Shown here: piece by piece, positions 16,709-25,244 of the stretch
How the letters are laid out: every line of letters begins with the position of its first letter
Numbering within the stretch: the stretch's first letter is position 1
Origin: an uncultured bacterium
GTDB lineage: Bacteria; Patescibacteriota; Gracilibacteria; UBA1369; PNNO01
Direction: 5' to 3'
DNA length: 32,000 nt
NCBI GenBank assembly: GCA_963704705.1
Contig: OY969931.1
Span: 990,001 to 1,022,000 of the forward strand
Notes under the pieces: generated by a model
What the model was told of the DNA's origin: nothing
What the model saw: only the letters and a program-made list of their open reading frames with translations
Databases searched by the model: none
Made by a program: the position numbers and the translations under genes

Positions 16709-18115
16709 TTAGCCTTGGTAATTTAGCTTAATTTCACCTAGATTTGCTGTTTCATTATCTTTAGCGTGAACTTTTATTACAATTATAAAGCTTTCACCAG
16801 CTGCAAAGATCGGGGTTCCGCTAAAATTAAGGCTTGTTTGAGCCCATGCCGTACTAGCTAAATTACTTGAAGAACCTGTTAAGGTGACGGGGTTTCCATT
16901 TGTATCATATACAAAAATATCTAATTTCGTATCATTTGTATCTGCGCTTGATGATCTATAATTAAACTGCCATGGATTTACAGTCTCCCATGCTGTAAAT
17001 GTTTTAGGAAGACCCACCTGAAGGACAATATCGTAATCCTGTAACGTGCTTTGTGAACTGGTCCATTCATAATAATTTTCTTTGGCTGTATTATCGTTAT
17101 CCAAATAAAGTCTACCAATATTATTTGATCCGTCAGCAATATAACTTGCGCCCTCAAATTGAGAATTTAGTATTATTGATCGATTAACCGGCCCTGTAGT
17201 TATACCTGCTATAGCCTGATCAATATCATCAATAGCCGTCTCTAAATCCCCTGCTGAATAGTAATTTCCGTCAGTTGCTTCTATATCAATCTCTGAAGCA
17301 TCATGTTTTGACGCTCCTCCATCCAAATGTCCATCAACTGTTGTGCCCAAATCACCTACATCAACACCATCAACAGTGCCTGTTAAAGTTAAATCCCCTT
17401 CAATATTTACATTGTCATTAAAATTAAAATAACCGTTTACCAAATCCCATGACAGAATTTTGCCCAAAGTATTACCAAACTGTAAATCAATTGATGTAAT
17501 TGAAGTATTATCATTATCTAAAATAAAAACATCCTCATTAGTTCCTCCTGGTATTGTTTGAAGAGGGAAAATTCCGCCGGTTCCAAGCAAAGCAATATCG
17601 CCGTCATTGAACCCAATGTCAGCATTATCAAGTGTGTCAGCATTTAAAGCATAGGGCACAGAACCTATTGGAGCTCTATCAACCAATGGATTCCCCGGGG
17701 CACGATCCAAAACTTCATATGAAGTATCTGGATCACCTGTTTTTTTAATTTCAACTTGAATATATAAATGATAAGCTGGATCAATTTGAGGTAATGGAGT
17801 AACTGTACCCAATTCAAATGTCACAAAGCCCTTTGTAGTTGGTAATGCAGTTTGAACTTCTTGCCATCCCGAATAATTTGGAGCACCAGTATTTATCGAC
17901 CCTGCTGCAATATCACCTACGTTAACAGGGCTTTGGCTCCAAAAACTAAATCTGAATGTGTGACTACTCGTTAACGGACTAGTTCCTGCAGAATCAAGAA
18001 GTCTGGCTTCATAAATCATGCGCTGAGGAGCTAAAGATACAGCGCTAACTGCACTAATATTTATTAGTAAGCAAAAAAGTACTGCTGCAATTTTAATTAA
18101 TCTTTTCTTTTGCAT
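16709..18115 (-). CDS. Secreted repeat-containing surface protein; paralog of the downstream gene
   Basis: Signal peptide IAAVLFCLLINISAVSA. SIDLQFGNTLGKILSWDLVNGYFNFNDNVNIEGDLTLTG repeat. C-terminal ASYIADGSNNIGRLYLDNDNTAKENYYEW...QDYDIVLQVGLPKTFTAWE. Confidence 0.72.
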   Translation of the reverse strand: MQKKRLIKIAAVLFCLLINISAVSAVSLAPQRMIYEARLLDSAGTSPLTSSHTFRFSFWSQSPVNVGDIAAGSINTGAPNYSGWQEVQTALPTTKGFVTFELGTVTPLPQIDPAYHLYIQVEIKKTGDPDTSYEVLDRAPGNPLVDRAPIGSVPYALNADTLDNADIGFNDGDIALLGTGGIFPLQTIPGGTNEDVFILDNDNTSITSIDLQFGNTLGKILSWDLVNGYFNFNDNVNIEGDLTLTGTVDGVDVGDLGTTVDGHLDGGASKHDASEIDIEATDGNYYSAGDLETAIDDIDQAIAGITTGPVNRSIILNSQFEGASYIADGSNNIGRLYLDNDNTAKENYYEWTSSQSTLQDYDIVLQVGLPKTFTAWETVNPWQFNYRSSSADTNDTKLDIFVYDTNGNPVTLTGSSSNLASTAWAQTSLNFSGTPIFAAGESFIIVIKVHAKDNETANLGEIKLNYQG

Positions 18116-19098
18116 AACGAATAAATAGCTGTTATTAAAATTAATATATAAATGAATGATAAATCAAAGCGAATACACGATTTTTTCACGTCAGCTAAAA
18201 TCATTTTTACATAAGCGATTCCATCAGCTATTTCAAACTCAAGTGTTTTATAATTTGTCTGAACTATTACATTCCCTTCATTTTTCAAAGCATAAATCAA
18301 TACAAAATATTTATCATCAGGTAAAATATCAATTGATTTTATTTTAAATTCACCGTTTTCATCAGCAACAGCATAAGATTTATTTATATGATCATTTTCA
18401 AACCAAATAGCAACAACTTCATAGCCGCTTCCTGTTTTTCCTTCAATAGCTACGTGGTTGTTATCGCTTTCCAGTACTTCTTCCGGGATATTTAATGTTA
18501 ATGGTTCTATATCATAGTCAGTCACCTGAATAAAATCATATTCATCATATTTTTTATCTAACTGATAATAAATAATCGGTTTATCTTCAGTAAAGATGAA
18601 GATGTTTTTATCTTCTTTAATCATTTCTTCCACTTCTTCAGGTGAAGGTTTTAAAATTTCAATTGGTTCCTGTTGTTCTGATATTTGAACAGGTTCTTCA
18701 GCTGCCTGCTCTTCAGATGAAATCAATTCTCTGCTTTCTTCAGCAGGTATTGTTGAAATTATCGGAATATCTGAATAAGCCAAAGGTCCGCCGCCACCGC
18801 CTGAGCCTGTATTTGAGACTCCGCCGCCAGTAGGTGGCGGGGTTGGTGGAGTTAAAGTTAAATCCAAATCACTATTTGCATCCACTAAAGTATAAGATCC
18901 AGATTTAGAGTATCTTTCAGTCCATGATATTGAACTTAAATCAAGAGAATAAGATAGACTTTCCATATATCCCTCGTTTGTTCCAAAATTTAAATTTTCA
19001 TCATCTACTTGATAAGTACTGCTTGCAGAAGCATAAGCAAAACCAGCACTTAAAATGAATATTACAAGAAATGAAACTATTTTTTGTTTTTCTGACAC
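18097..19098 (-). CDS. Hypothetical exported protein with Pro/Gly-rich linker and C-terminal TM anchor
   Basis: N-terminal signal peptide, TPPTPPPTGGGVSNTGSGGGGG linker, C-terminal FDLSFIYILILITAIYSLCKRKD. Overlaps the downstream gene by 19 nt, suggesting an operon. Confidence 0.6.
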   Translation of the reverse strand: MSEKQKIVSFLVIFILSAGFAYASASSTYQVDDENLNFGTNEGYMESLSYSLDLSSISWTERYSKSGSYTLVDANSDLDLTLTPPTPPPTGGGVSNTGSGGGGGPLAYSDIPIISTIPAEESRELISSEEQAAEEPVQISEQQEPIEILKPSPEEVEEMIKEDKNIFIFTEDKPIIYYQLDKKYDEYDFIQVTDYDIEPLTLNIPEEVLESDNNHVAIEGKTGSGYEVVAIWFENDHINKSYAVADENGEFKIKSIDILPDDKYFVLIYALKNEGNVIVQTNYKTLEFEIADGIAYVKMILADVKKSCIRFDLSFIYILILITAIYSLCKRKD

Positions 19099-19180
19099 GT
19101 TTTTATTTTTTATTTTTTTGTTTCATAAAATTATACCATAAAATTGCTAAACGTGCAACATTAAGCTGTAAATCAAGCTG

Positions 19181-20095
19181 CTATATCTTCCATTCCTTAA
19201 GATTTTTTAAAGCTTCGTCCAATTTTGGCATACCCAAGCGACCACCGAGATATCTGCATTTCATTCCTGCGCAAACATTTGCAAACATCATATTCTTTTT
19301 AAAATCCCAACCTTTCAATAAACCATATAAAAATGCTCCGTGAAACACATCTCCGGCACCTGTTGTATCAACAACTGTGCCTATTTCGTATTCAGGAACA
19401 GAAGTACACATTTTATCCCCTTTTTGAAGACCGCATGAGCCATATTTACCAAGAGTAACAATTGCAATTTCAGCACCCATTGCAACAAAATCATTTAAAG
19501 CTTTTTCATAATCCTGTCCGTATTTTGCTTCAAGAAAACTTCGTGAAATAATTAAATAATCAGCATATTTAACGAAATCTTCTGAATGTGGAGTATGAGG
19601 TTCTGAATCAATACAAACTTTTACTCCCTGCTCTTTTGCAAACTTTACGAGTTTAAGGTTAGCATCAGGGAAATGCGCATCAGAATGCACTATTTTAGAA
19701 TTTTTGATTATATCATAAGTTTCATCACAAATAACAAAATCTTCCAAATGCCCTCTATCAGCAACAATCGTTCTGCTTCCATTTTCTTTTTCTATTATTA
19801 TTGAAGATAACGCAGGAGCTTTTCCTTTTTGCGCTTCAATGCAACCGGTATAAACCCCTTCTTCTTCGAGTGTATCAATTGCAAACTGGCCAATCGGCCC
19901 TTCACCCACAGTTCCAATCATAGCGGTTTTTGCTCCAAGTCTTGCCAAACACGCGATTGCATTAGCTGCCTGACCACCACCCTGAAGCGAAGATTCAATA
20001 GGCACAACTTTTGTGTCTTTTTCCGGAAATTGCTCAACTACATTTAGATGATCAACGGTGGCACCGCCAATCCCAACCACATCAAATTGTTTCAT
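19181..20095 (-). CDS. PfkB-family (ribokinase-like) carbohydrate kinase
   Basis: MKQFDVVGIGGATVDHLNVVE...SSLQGGGQAANAIACLARLGAKTAMIGTVGEGPIG and C-terminal VVDTTGAGDVFHGAFLYGLLKG. Confidence 0.92.
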   Translation of the reverse strand: MKQFDVVGIGGATVDHLNVVEQFPEKDTKVVPIESSLQGGGQAANAIACLARLGAKTAMIGTVGEGPIGQFAIDTLEEEGVYTGCIEAQKGKAPALSSIIIEKENGSRTIVADRGHLEDFVICDETYDIIKNSKIVHSDAHFPDANLKLVKFAKEQGVKVCIDSEPHTPHSEDFVKYADYLIISRSFLEAKYGQDYEKALNDFVAMGAEIAIVTLGKYGSCGLQKGDKMCTSVPEYEIGTVVDTTGAGDVFHGAFLYGLLKGWDFKKNMMFANVCAGMKCRYLGGRLGMPKLDEALKNLKEWKI

Positions 20096-20177
20096 ATTAT
20101 CAGTTTATATTAGAGTGGCATCGCATGCAACAATATGATATATTCGTGTGCGAAACCACCACTTAAGCCTCTATAAA

Positions 20178-20882
20178 ATGAATAATGATATTATATTTGT
20201 ACTGCAGGCACTTGCAGGATTATCCTTTATTCTAATTGCTTTTAGAGTAGGATTTCATTGGCTTCTTGCTTTAATTGCGGTTCAGGCAGTTTTAATGAAT
20301 GTTTTTGTTCTTAAAACCATGGATTTATTTGGTATGGGAGCTGTTACAGGCGGAAATGTGCTTTATGCTTCAATATTTTTGGGGACTGATATAATTTGTG
20401 AGCATTTGGGTGATAAAAAAGCACGCCAAGCAGTCTGGCTTGGATTTTTTGCCTCACTATTTTTTATTGTTATGAGTCAGTTCATTATATGGTATACACC
20501 AAGTGCATATCCTGAAAGCATTGCTATGCACGAAACCCTAACTACTATTTTTGAGCTTGCTCCAAGAATAATGTTTGCCTCGATGTTAGCTTACCTTGTT
20601 GCTCAAAATCTAGATATTTTAATTTTCAGATGGATTAAAAATCTAACAAAAGAAAAACATTTATGGCTCCGAAACAATGTTTCTACAATGGTTTCTCAAT
20701 TTGTTGATACTATAATATTTACTTTTGTAGGCTTATACGGAACAATCGCAACCCCTGATAATGTTTGGGCTATAATACTATTTACCTATATTATAAAAGT
20801 TATAGTAGCAGCATTAGACACTCCATTCATTTATCTATCAAAACTAAAAGCGTTTAAACCAAAAAAGGCTGAGATGGAATAA
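20178..20882 (+). CDS. YhhQ/VUT-family queuosine precursor transporter
   Basis: VTGGNVLYASIFLGTDIICEHLGDKKARQAVWLGFFASLFF...NNVSTMVSQFVDTIIFTFVGLYG...KVIVAALDTPFIYL. Multiple TMs; the track start at 20148 may be too long. Confidence 0.82.
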   Translation: MNNDIIFVLQALAGLSFILIAFRVGFHWLLALIAVQAVLMNVFVLKTMDLFGMGAVTGGNVLYASIFLGTDIICEHLGDKKARQAVWLGFFASLFFIVMSQFIIWYTPSAYPESIAMHETLTTIFELAPRIMFASMLAYLVAQNLDILIFRWIKNLTKEKHLWLRNNVSTMVSQFVDTIIFTFVGLYGTIATPDNVWAIILFTYIIKVIVAALDTPFIYLSKLKAFKPKKAEME

Positions 20883-20884
20883 TA

Positions 20885-21079
20885 CTATTTCATCTGCTTT
20901 TTAAGTATTCTTAATCCATGAGCTGAAATTTTCATTTTTTCCCATTTGCCTGTTTGGGGATTGAAAATTCTTTTACTCACCATATTTGGAAGAAATCTTC
21001 GCTTTGTTTTGCGATTTGAATGACTCACATTATTGCCTGCAGTAGGCCCTTTTCCTGTAATTGTACAAACTTTAGACAT
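20885..21079 (-). CDS. rpmB: 50S ribosomal protein L28 (track ORF starts at 21118; likely start 21079)
   Basis: MSKVCTITGKGPTAGNNVSHSNRKTKRRFLPNMVSKRIFNPQTGKWEKMKISAHGLRIL. Confidence 0.93.
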   Translation of the reverse strand: MSKVCTITGKGPTAGNNVSHSNRKTKRRFLPNMVSKRIFNPQTGKWEKMKISAHGLRILKKQMK

Positions 21080-21197
21080 CGCTATTTTTTTAATATGCCC
21101 CTGTATTTTACTTAACATTTAAAAAAATGCAAGCAAAGTGTTGAAAATAAAGGCAAATTGTGCTATTATTATATGAAACTTAAAACAAAAACCAATC

Positions 21198-21803
21198 ATG
21201 GCAGATACGGATACAAATATAGAAAATAAAACTTCAAAAGGACATCCAAAAGAAGCTCCTATGGAAGTTTTGCATCCTGAAGTTGTTAATACTCGGGAAG
21301 AAGTTAGAAAAGATGCTTTGACAGTATATGAAGCACCTGAATTAACTTTACCAGATAATCCAACAGAACTTGATAGGCTTAAAATAAGCATTATTGAAGC
21401 TGTAGAGGCCGGAGATATTAAAACAGCCATGAAACTTCAGGCACAAAAAAATAAAGTGGAAATTGCAATGGCAAATAATGTTAGAAAAGCTCACAATGCA
21501 GCAAGACAAAGATACGTTGAAACTCAAAAAGCTTTATCAGCTGACGACAGAGACAGAAACTGGGAAACAAGAAAAAAAGCAATGGCTGAATTTGCTGAAG
21601 GAGTAGGAAGTGGTACATGGAAACTTACAAAATTTCTTGCTAAAGCTGGATATTTTGCAGGAACAAAGACAGTAGATTTTACAAGATATTTATTAAGAAA
21701 TTCATTCGGTGCGTTAAGAGGTATCGCTACAGAAATACACAATGGAATTATTGATATGAATAAATACCGAAGAGAAAATACACCTAAAAACTATGACCTA
21801 TAA
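21198..21803 (+). CDS. Hypothetical charged/helical protein
   Basis: 201 aa ORF with KLKISIIEAVEAGDIKTAMKLQAQKNKVEIAMANNVRKAHNAARQRYVETQKAL. No recognised family. Confidence 0.55.
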   Translation: MADTDTNIENKTSKGHPKEAPMEVLHPEVVNTREEVRKDALTVYEAPELTLPDNPTELDRLKISIIEAVEAGDIKTAMKLQAQKNKVEIAMANNVRKAHNAARQRYVETQKALSADDRDRNWETRKKAMAEFAEGVGSGTWKLTKFLAKAGYFAGTKTVDFTRYLLRNSFGALRGIATEIHNGIIDMNKYRRENTPKNYDL

Positions 21804-21805
21804 AT

Positions 21806-22042
21806 ATGAATAAAAAAGAATTCTTACAATCAGAAATTAAACATTTAATTGAATTACTTCGCTTCTTTAAAGAAGAGGATAAAGCGCAGTACATCGACGC
21901 AATTGATAAAATGAAAGAGGAAGAGCTTGAAAACCTTTTAAAAATACTATATAAACTTGAGCAGGACTATTTTGAGTTATTAAAAAAGGATACTCAAACT
22001 ATGGACTCAATATCAGATAAACTAAACACTGCTCATGACTAA
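21806..22042 (+). CDS. Hypothetical small acidic coiled-coil protein
   Basis: 78 aa; starts 2 nt after the upstream gene and overlaps the next one. Confidence 0.55.
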   Translation: MNKKEFLQSEIKHLIELLRFFKEEDKAQYIDAIDKMKEEELENLLKILYKLEQDYFELLKKDTQTMDSISDKLNTAHD

Positions 22043-22172
22043 TAGAAGCTCTTCAAAACAACATGGTCTTCATACTGCTAATCAGCAAAGACCTAAAAGC
22101 AAACTTCGTAAACGCAGAAACAAAGCTAAAGCTCGTGAACGAAGAGTTGAACGTGAAGAATCAAAAAAATAA
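22035..22172 (+). CDS. Hypothetical very basic 45-aa protein (absent from the supplied ORF track)
   Basis: MTNRSSSKQHGLHTANQQRPKSKLRKRRNKAKARERRVEREESKK*. ATG at 22035 overlaps the upstream gene by 8 nt, fitting translational coupling. Confidence 0.5.
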   Translation: MTNRSSSKQHGLHTANQQRPKSKLRKRRNKAKARERRVEREESKK

Positions 22173-22231
22173 CCTTTATAAATTAATAAAGGAGCGTTAA
22201 GATTAAAAAGCCTTATTTAAAGTATATTAAT

Positions 22232-23152
22232 ATGGCTTTTTTCAAACGAAAAAAAGGCAGAAGACGCGTAAAAGCTTCAAAAAACAGCAGAATTCAGGAG
22301 ATAAAATCACCTTACGCTCACAGAAGAATTAAATCTTCAAGAAAATTACCTAAAAAAGCTGCAAAAACTCGCTATTCAGGTGAAGTTAAAGTCAGATATA
22401 AGAATAATTTTCCTATAAAAAAATGGCTAATTATCGGAGGAGGTTCAATTCTGGTGCTTTTATTCCTTTACTTAACCGCTTTTACAAGTTTTTTTGAAAT
22501 TAAAGAATGGAAAGTTTATGGTGATGAAATTATTCAGGAAAATTCTAAATTCGAAGAATTCCTGGCTGTGCATAAAGGAAAAAATCTTATTTTTCTGGAT
22601 ACTGGAGAAATTGAAAAAAATATTCAAGACCAATATCCTGAAATTGAAACTCTACACATTAAAAAAGTTTACCCTTCAACACTTGTATTGGAATATGAAA
22701 ATTATCCCGAAAAAGCTAATTTGTTGAATATTTTTGATGGAGAAAACCAAAAAAAGTTTATTATCAATGAAGTTGGCTATTTGGTAGATCAGGATTATGA
22801 AAATCCGAATCTTCCTTTTATAAAAATAAGAACAGACAAAGCATTGGAATTAAATCAATATGCAATATCGCGTGAGAAACTTGAGTATGTTTTGGATGCT
22901 ATTTATGATTTTGAGGAAATATTCGGAATGAAGGTTCTGGATGCTGAATATAAACCAAAAGAAAGAGAAGTTTATATCAAAACTGAGCGGGAATTTACTA
23001 TTTGGCTTGATACATCTTTGACTATACAGGAACAATACAGCAAACTAAAAAGTGCCTTAAGTAAGCTGAATATTTATACTGAATCACTTGATTATATTGA
23101 TTTGAGAATTTCGAGTGTAAATGGTGAAAAAGTTATTTATAAAAGACGCTAA
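22232..23152 (+). CDS. ftsQ: FtsQ/DivIB-type cell division protein with POTRA domain
   Basis: Basic N-terminal tail, single TM WLIIGGGSILVLLFLYLTAF, then FFEIKEWKVYGDEII...EEFLAVHKGKNLIFLDTGEIEKNIQDQYPEIETLHIKKVYPSTLVLEY (POTRA pattern). Confidence 0.8.
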   Translation: MAFFKRKKGRRRVKASKNSRIQEIKSPYAHRRIKSSRKLPKKAAKTRYSGEVKVRYKNNFPIKKWLIIGGGSILVLLFLYLTAFTSFFEIKEWKVYGDEIIQENSKFEEFLAVHKGKNLIFLDTGEIEKNIQDQYPEIETLHIKKVYPSTLVLEYENYPEKANLLNIFDGENQKKFIINEVGYLVDQDYENPNLPFIKIRTDKALELNQYAISREKLEYVLDAIYDFEEIFGMKVLDAEYKPKEREVYIKTEREFTIWLDTSLTIQEQYSKLKSALSKLNIYTESLDYIDLRISSVNGEKVIYKRR

Positions 23153-23208
23153 TTTGACATTTTTGATTAAAAATATCAGAATATCAGTGCTTAAACATAA
23201 ATTAATAT

Positions 23209-23577
23209 ATGATCTGGGCAATAATAGGTGTTCTTGTAGGAGTAATCATAGGTTTAGCGGTTAATATACCGATTCCTATTGAGCTGACAAGATATACAGC
23301 TGTAGTTAGTATAGGTATTCTGGATGCGATTTTTGGCGCAATTAGAGCTGAAGTCACTAAAGATAACTATGATGCGATTATATTTTTAACCGGTCTGTTT
23401 TTTAATGTGGTTTTAGCTATTGCAATTACCTATTTAGGTGACAAACTGGGTCTTGATTTATATCTTGCGGCAACAGTTGTGTTCACATTCAGAATTTTCA
23501 CAAATGTAGGTATAACAAGGCGTTCTCTTTTACAAAATTTCATGCAAAAAAGAAAACAGAAAAAAGCATTTAAGTAG
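23209..23577 (+). CDS. Small basic protein family (Sbp/DUF1290) membrane protein
   Basis: MIWAIIGVLVGVIIGLAVNIPIPIELTRYTAVVSIGILDAIFGAIRA...NVVLAIAITYLGDKLGLDLYLAATVVFTFRIFTNVGITRR. Confidence 0.82.
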   Translation: MIWAIIGVLVGVIIGLAVNIPIPIELTRYTAVVSIGILDAIFGAIRAEVTKDNYDAIIFLTGLFFNVVLAIAITYLGDKLGLDLYLAATVVFTFRIFTNVGITRRSLLQNFMQKRKQKKAFK

Positions 23578-23627
23578 TAAGACAAATTTGATATAATAAA
23601 TACTCAATTAAATTTAACAAAAATAAA

Positions 23628-24203
23628 ATGGCAAAATCTTCCAAATTAGCGCTACTTCAGGATATGCTAGAGAATGCGGAATCAAGTATTCGTTCAGCTA
23701 AAGCACTTCTTCTTGATTTAGGGCTAAAAAAATCAGATCTAAAAGAACAATATGAAAAATCAGCAGAAGAATTAACTTCAACTGATTCTCCTGAAGGAAA
23801 AATCATTGAAGGTGTGTTTAATGGCCAGGAAATGATAGGACCAGATAAAAGAAACTATCCGGTACCAGCTAATTACGCGAGTAAATCAAAGCTTATTCCA
23901 GGCGATGTTCTTAAATTGACTATTCAAGATGACGGATCATTTATTTATAAGCAAATCGGACCTGCTGACAGAAAGAAAATTGTTGGTACTCTAACTTTAG
24001 AAGACGGACAATATAAAGTTTTGTGCAAAGGTAAAGCTTATAAAGTATTATTGGCTTCCGTTACTTATTTCAGAGCAGAAGTCGGTGATAAAGTTACACT
24101 CGTAGTGCCTAACATCGAAGACAGTGAATGGGGTGCAATTGAAAATGTATTACCACAAGATGAAGAGCATGAAGAAGGAGAAGTTGACCTTAATAAATTT
24201 TAG
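23628..24203 (+). CDS. Hypothetical protein: N-terminal coiled coil plus C-terminal beta-rich domain
   Basis: MAKSSKLALLQDMLENAESSIRSAKALLLDLGLKK...NYPVPANYASKSKLIPGDVLKLTIQDDGSFIYKQIGPADRKKIVGTL. No confident family. Confidence 0.6.
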   Translation: MAKSSKLALLQDMLENAESSIRSAKALLLDLGLKKSDLKEQYEKSAEELTSTDSPEGKIIEGVFNGQEMIGPDKRNYPVPANYASKSKLIPGDVLKLTIQDDGSFIYKQIGPADRKKIVGTLTLEDGQYKVLCKGKAYKVLLASVTYFRAEVGDKVTLVVPNIEDSEWGAIENVLPQDEEHEEGEVDLNKF

Positions 24204-24206
24204 TTT

Positions 24207-25175
24207 ATGGCTTTCTCATGGGATAAAGTAAAGAGGCCCATTCTTGCGCTTGCTCCAATGGAAGGCTATACGGACTCTGCTTTCAGGCAGCTTATTAAAA
24301 CTTACGCTCCTGATATAATTTGTTTTACTGAATTTACTTCAGCAGATGCTTTAAAATACAACAGTAAAAAATCCATTGGGAAAATTGGTTTTGATAAAAA
24401 AGAAAAACCGCTTATTGTACAGCTTTTTGGCAAACATCCTGATCATTTTATTGAGGCTATTAAATACGTGGAAAATATGGGTGCTGACGGTATAGATATC
24501 AATATGGGATGCCCTGCTAAAAATGTAATTAATTCTCAGCACGGTTCAGCTTTGCTTAAAAATCCTGAATTAGCTTGCGAAATAGTTAAAGCTGTTTCTT
24601 CAAATACCAAATTACCGGTTTCAGTTAAAATGAGAATCGGATTTAAAGAATACAATGAACAGGCGTTTATGGATTTTTGTCTTAATTTAGAGAAAAACGG
24701 AGCTAAAGCATTAACCATTCATGGCAGAACAACAAAACAGGGATATTCCGGAACAGCTGATTGGGATCCCATTTATAAATTGAAAGAAAAGGTAGGAATA
24801 ACAGTAATTGGAAACGGAGACGTAACTTCACCTGAAATCGCCTTAAAAAAACTTGAAAATCTTGATGGAGTAATGGTTGGAAGGGCAACTTTCGGCAATC
24901 CATTGATAATGAGAGAAATATACGAAGCTCTGCATCCAAAATCCAAAAAACTGAAAAAAATTCCAAATTGGTTTGAAATTGCAGAAAAACATATAAAATT
25001 AAGCATTGAAACAAAAGGTGAAAGGCTTGCAATGTTTGAAATGCGAAAGTATTTGGCCGCATACATAAAAGGCTTTCCTTATGCCGCAAATTATCGCTCA
25101 AGACTTGTACGGGTCGAAACTGAAAAAGAAGCAATGCAATTACTTAAAGAAATTAAAGAAAATTCCCTTAAATAA
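24207..25175 (+). CDS. dus: tRNA-dihydrouridine synthase (DusB-like)
   Basis: PILALAPMEGYTDSAFRQL, GADGIDINMGCPAKNV, VKMRIGF, ALTIHGRTTKQGYSG, GNGDVTSPE, DGVMVGRATFGNPLI. Confidence 0.94.
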   Translation: MAFSWDKVKRPILALAPMEGYTDSAFRQLIKTYAPDIICFTEFTSADALKYNSKKSIGKIGFDKKEKPLIVQLFGKHPDHFIEAIKYVENMGADGIDINMGCPAKNVINSQHGSALLKNPELACEIVKAVSSNTKLPVSVKMRIGFKEYNEQAFMDFCLNLEKNGAKALTIHGRTTKQGYSGTADWDPIYKLKEKVGITVIGNGDVTSPEIALKKLENLDGVMVGRATFGNPLIMREIYEALHPKSKKLKKIPNWFEIAEKHIKLSIETKGERLAMFEMRKYLAAYIKGFPYAANYRSRLVRVETEKEAMQLLKEIKENSLK

Positions 25176-25244
25176 GCCCTTAAATAGTTGATATTTTATA
25201 GATATTATGATATAATAATATGAATTTAATATAAAAAATCAAAA

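Noticed and set aside
19071-19343. ORF 19071-19343 (+), 90 aa
   Set aside because: Antisense to the end of the PfkB kinase and the start of the 18097-19098 gene; no domain, so an artefact of AT-rich sequence.
21119-21430. 103-aa minus-strand ORF upstream of rpmB
   Set aside because: Largely antisense to the 21198-21803 gene; Ser-rich low-complexity translation with no homology signal.
22185-22234. aaaggag Shine-Dalgarno-like sequence about 40 nt upstream of the ftsQ ATG, with an in-frame ATT codon at 22202
   Set aside because: Use of a rare ATT start (IKKPYLKYINMAFF...) is possible but cannot be supported from sequence alone; the ATG at 22232 was kept.
24703-25134. 143-aa minus-strand ORF inside dus
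   Set aside because: Fully antisense to a well-supported tRNA-dihydrouridine synthase; long antisense ORFs are expected by chance in this codon usage.
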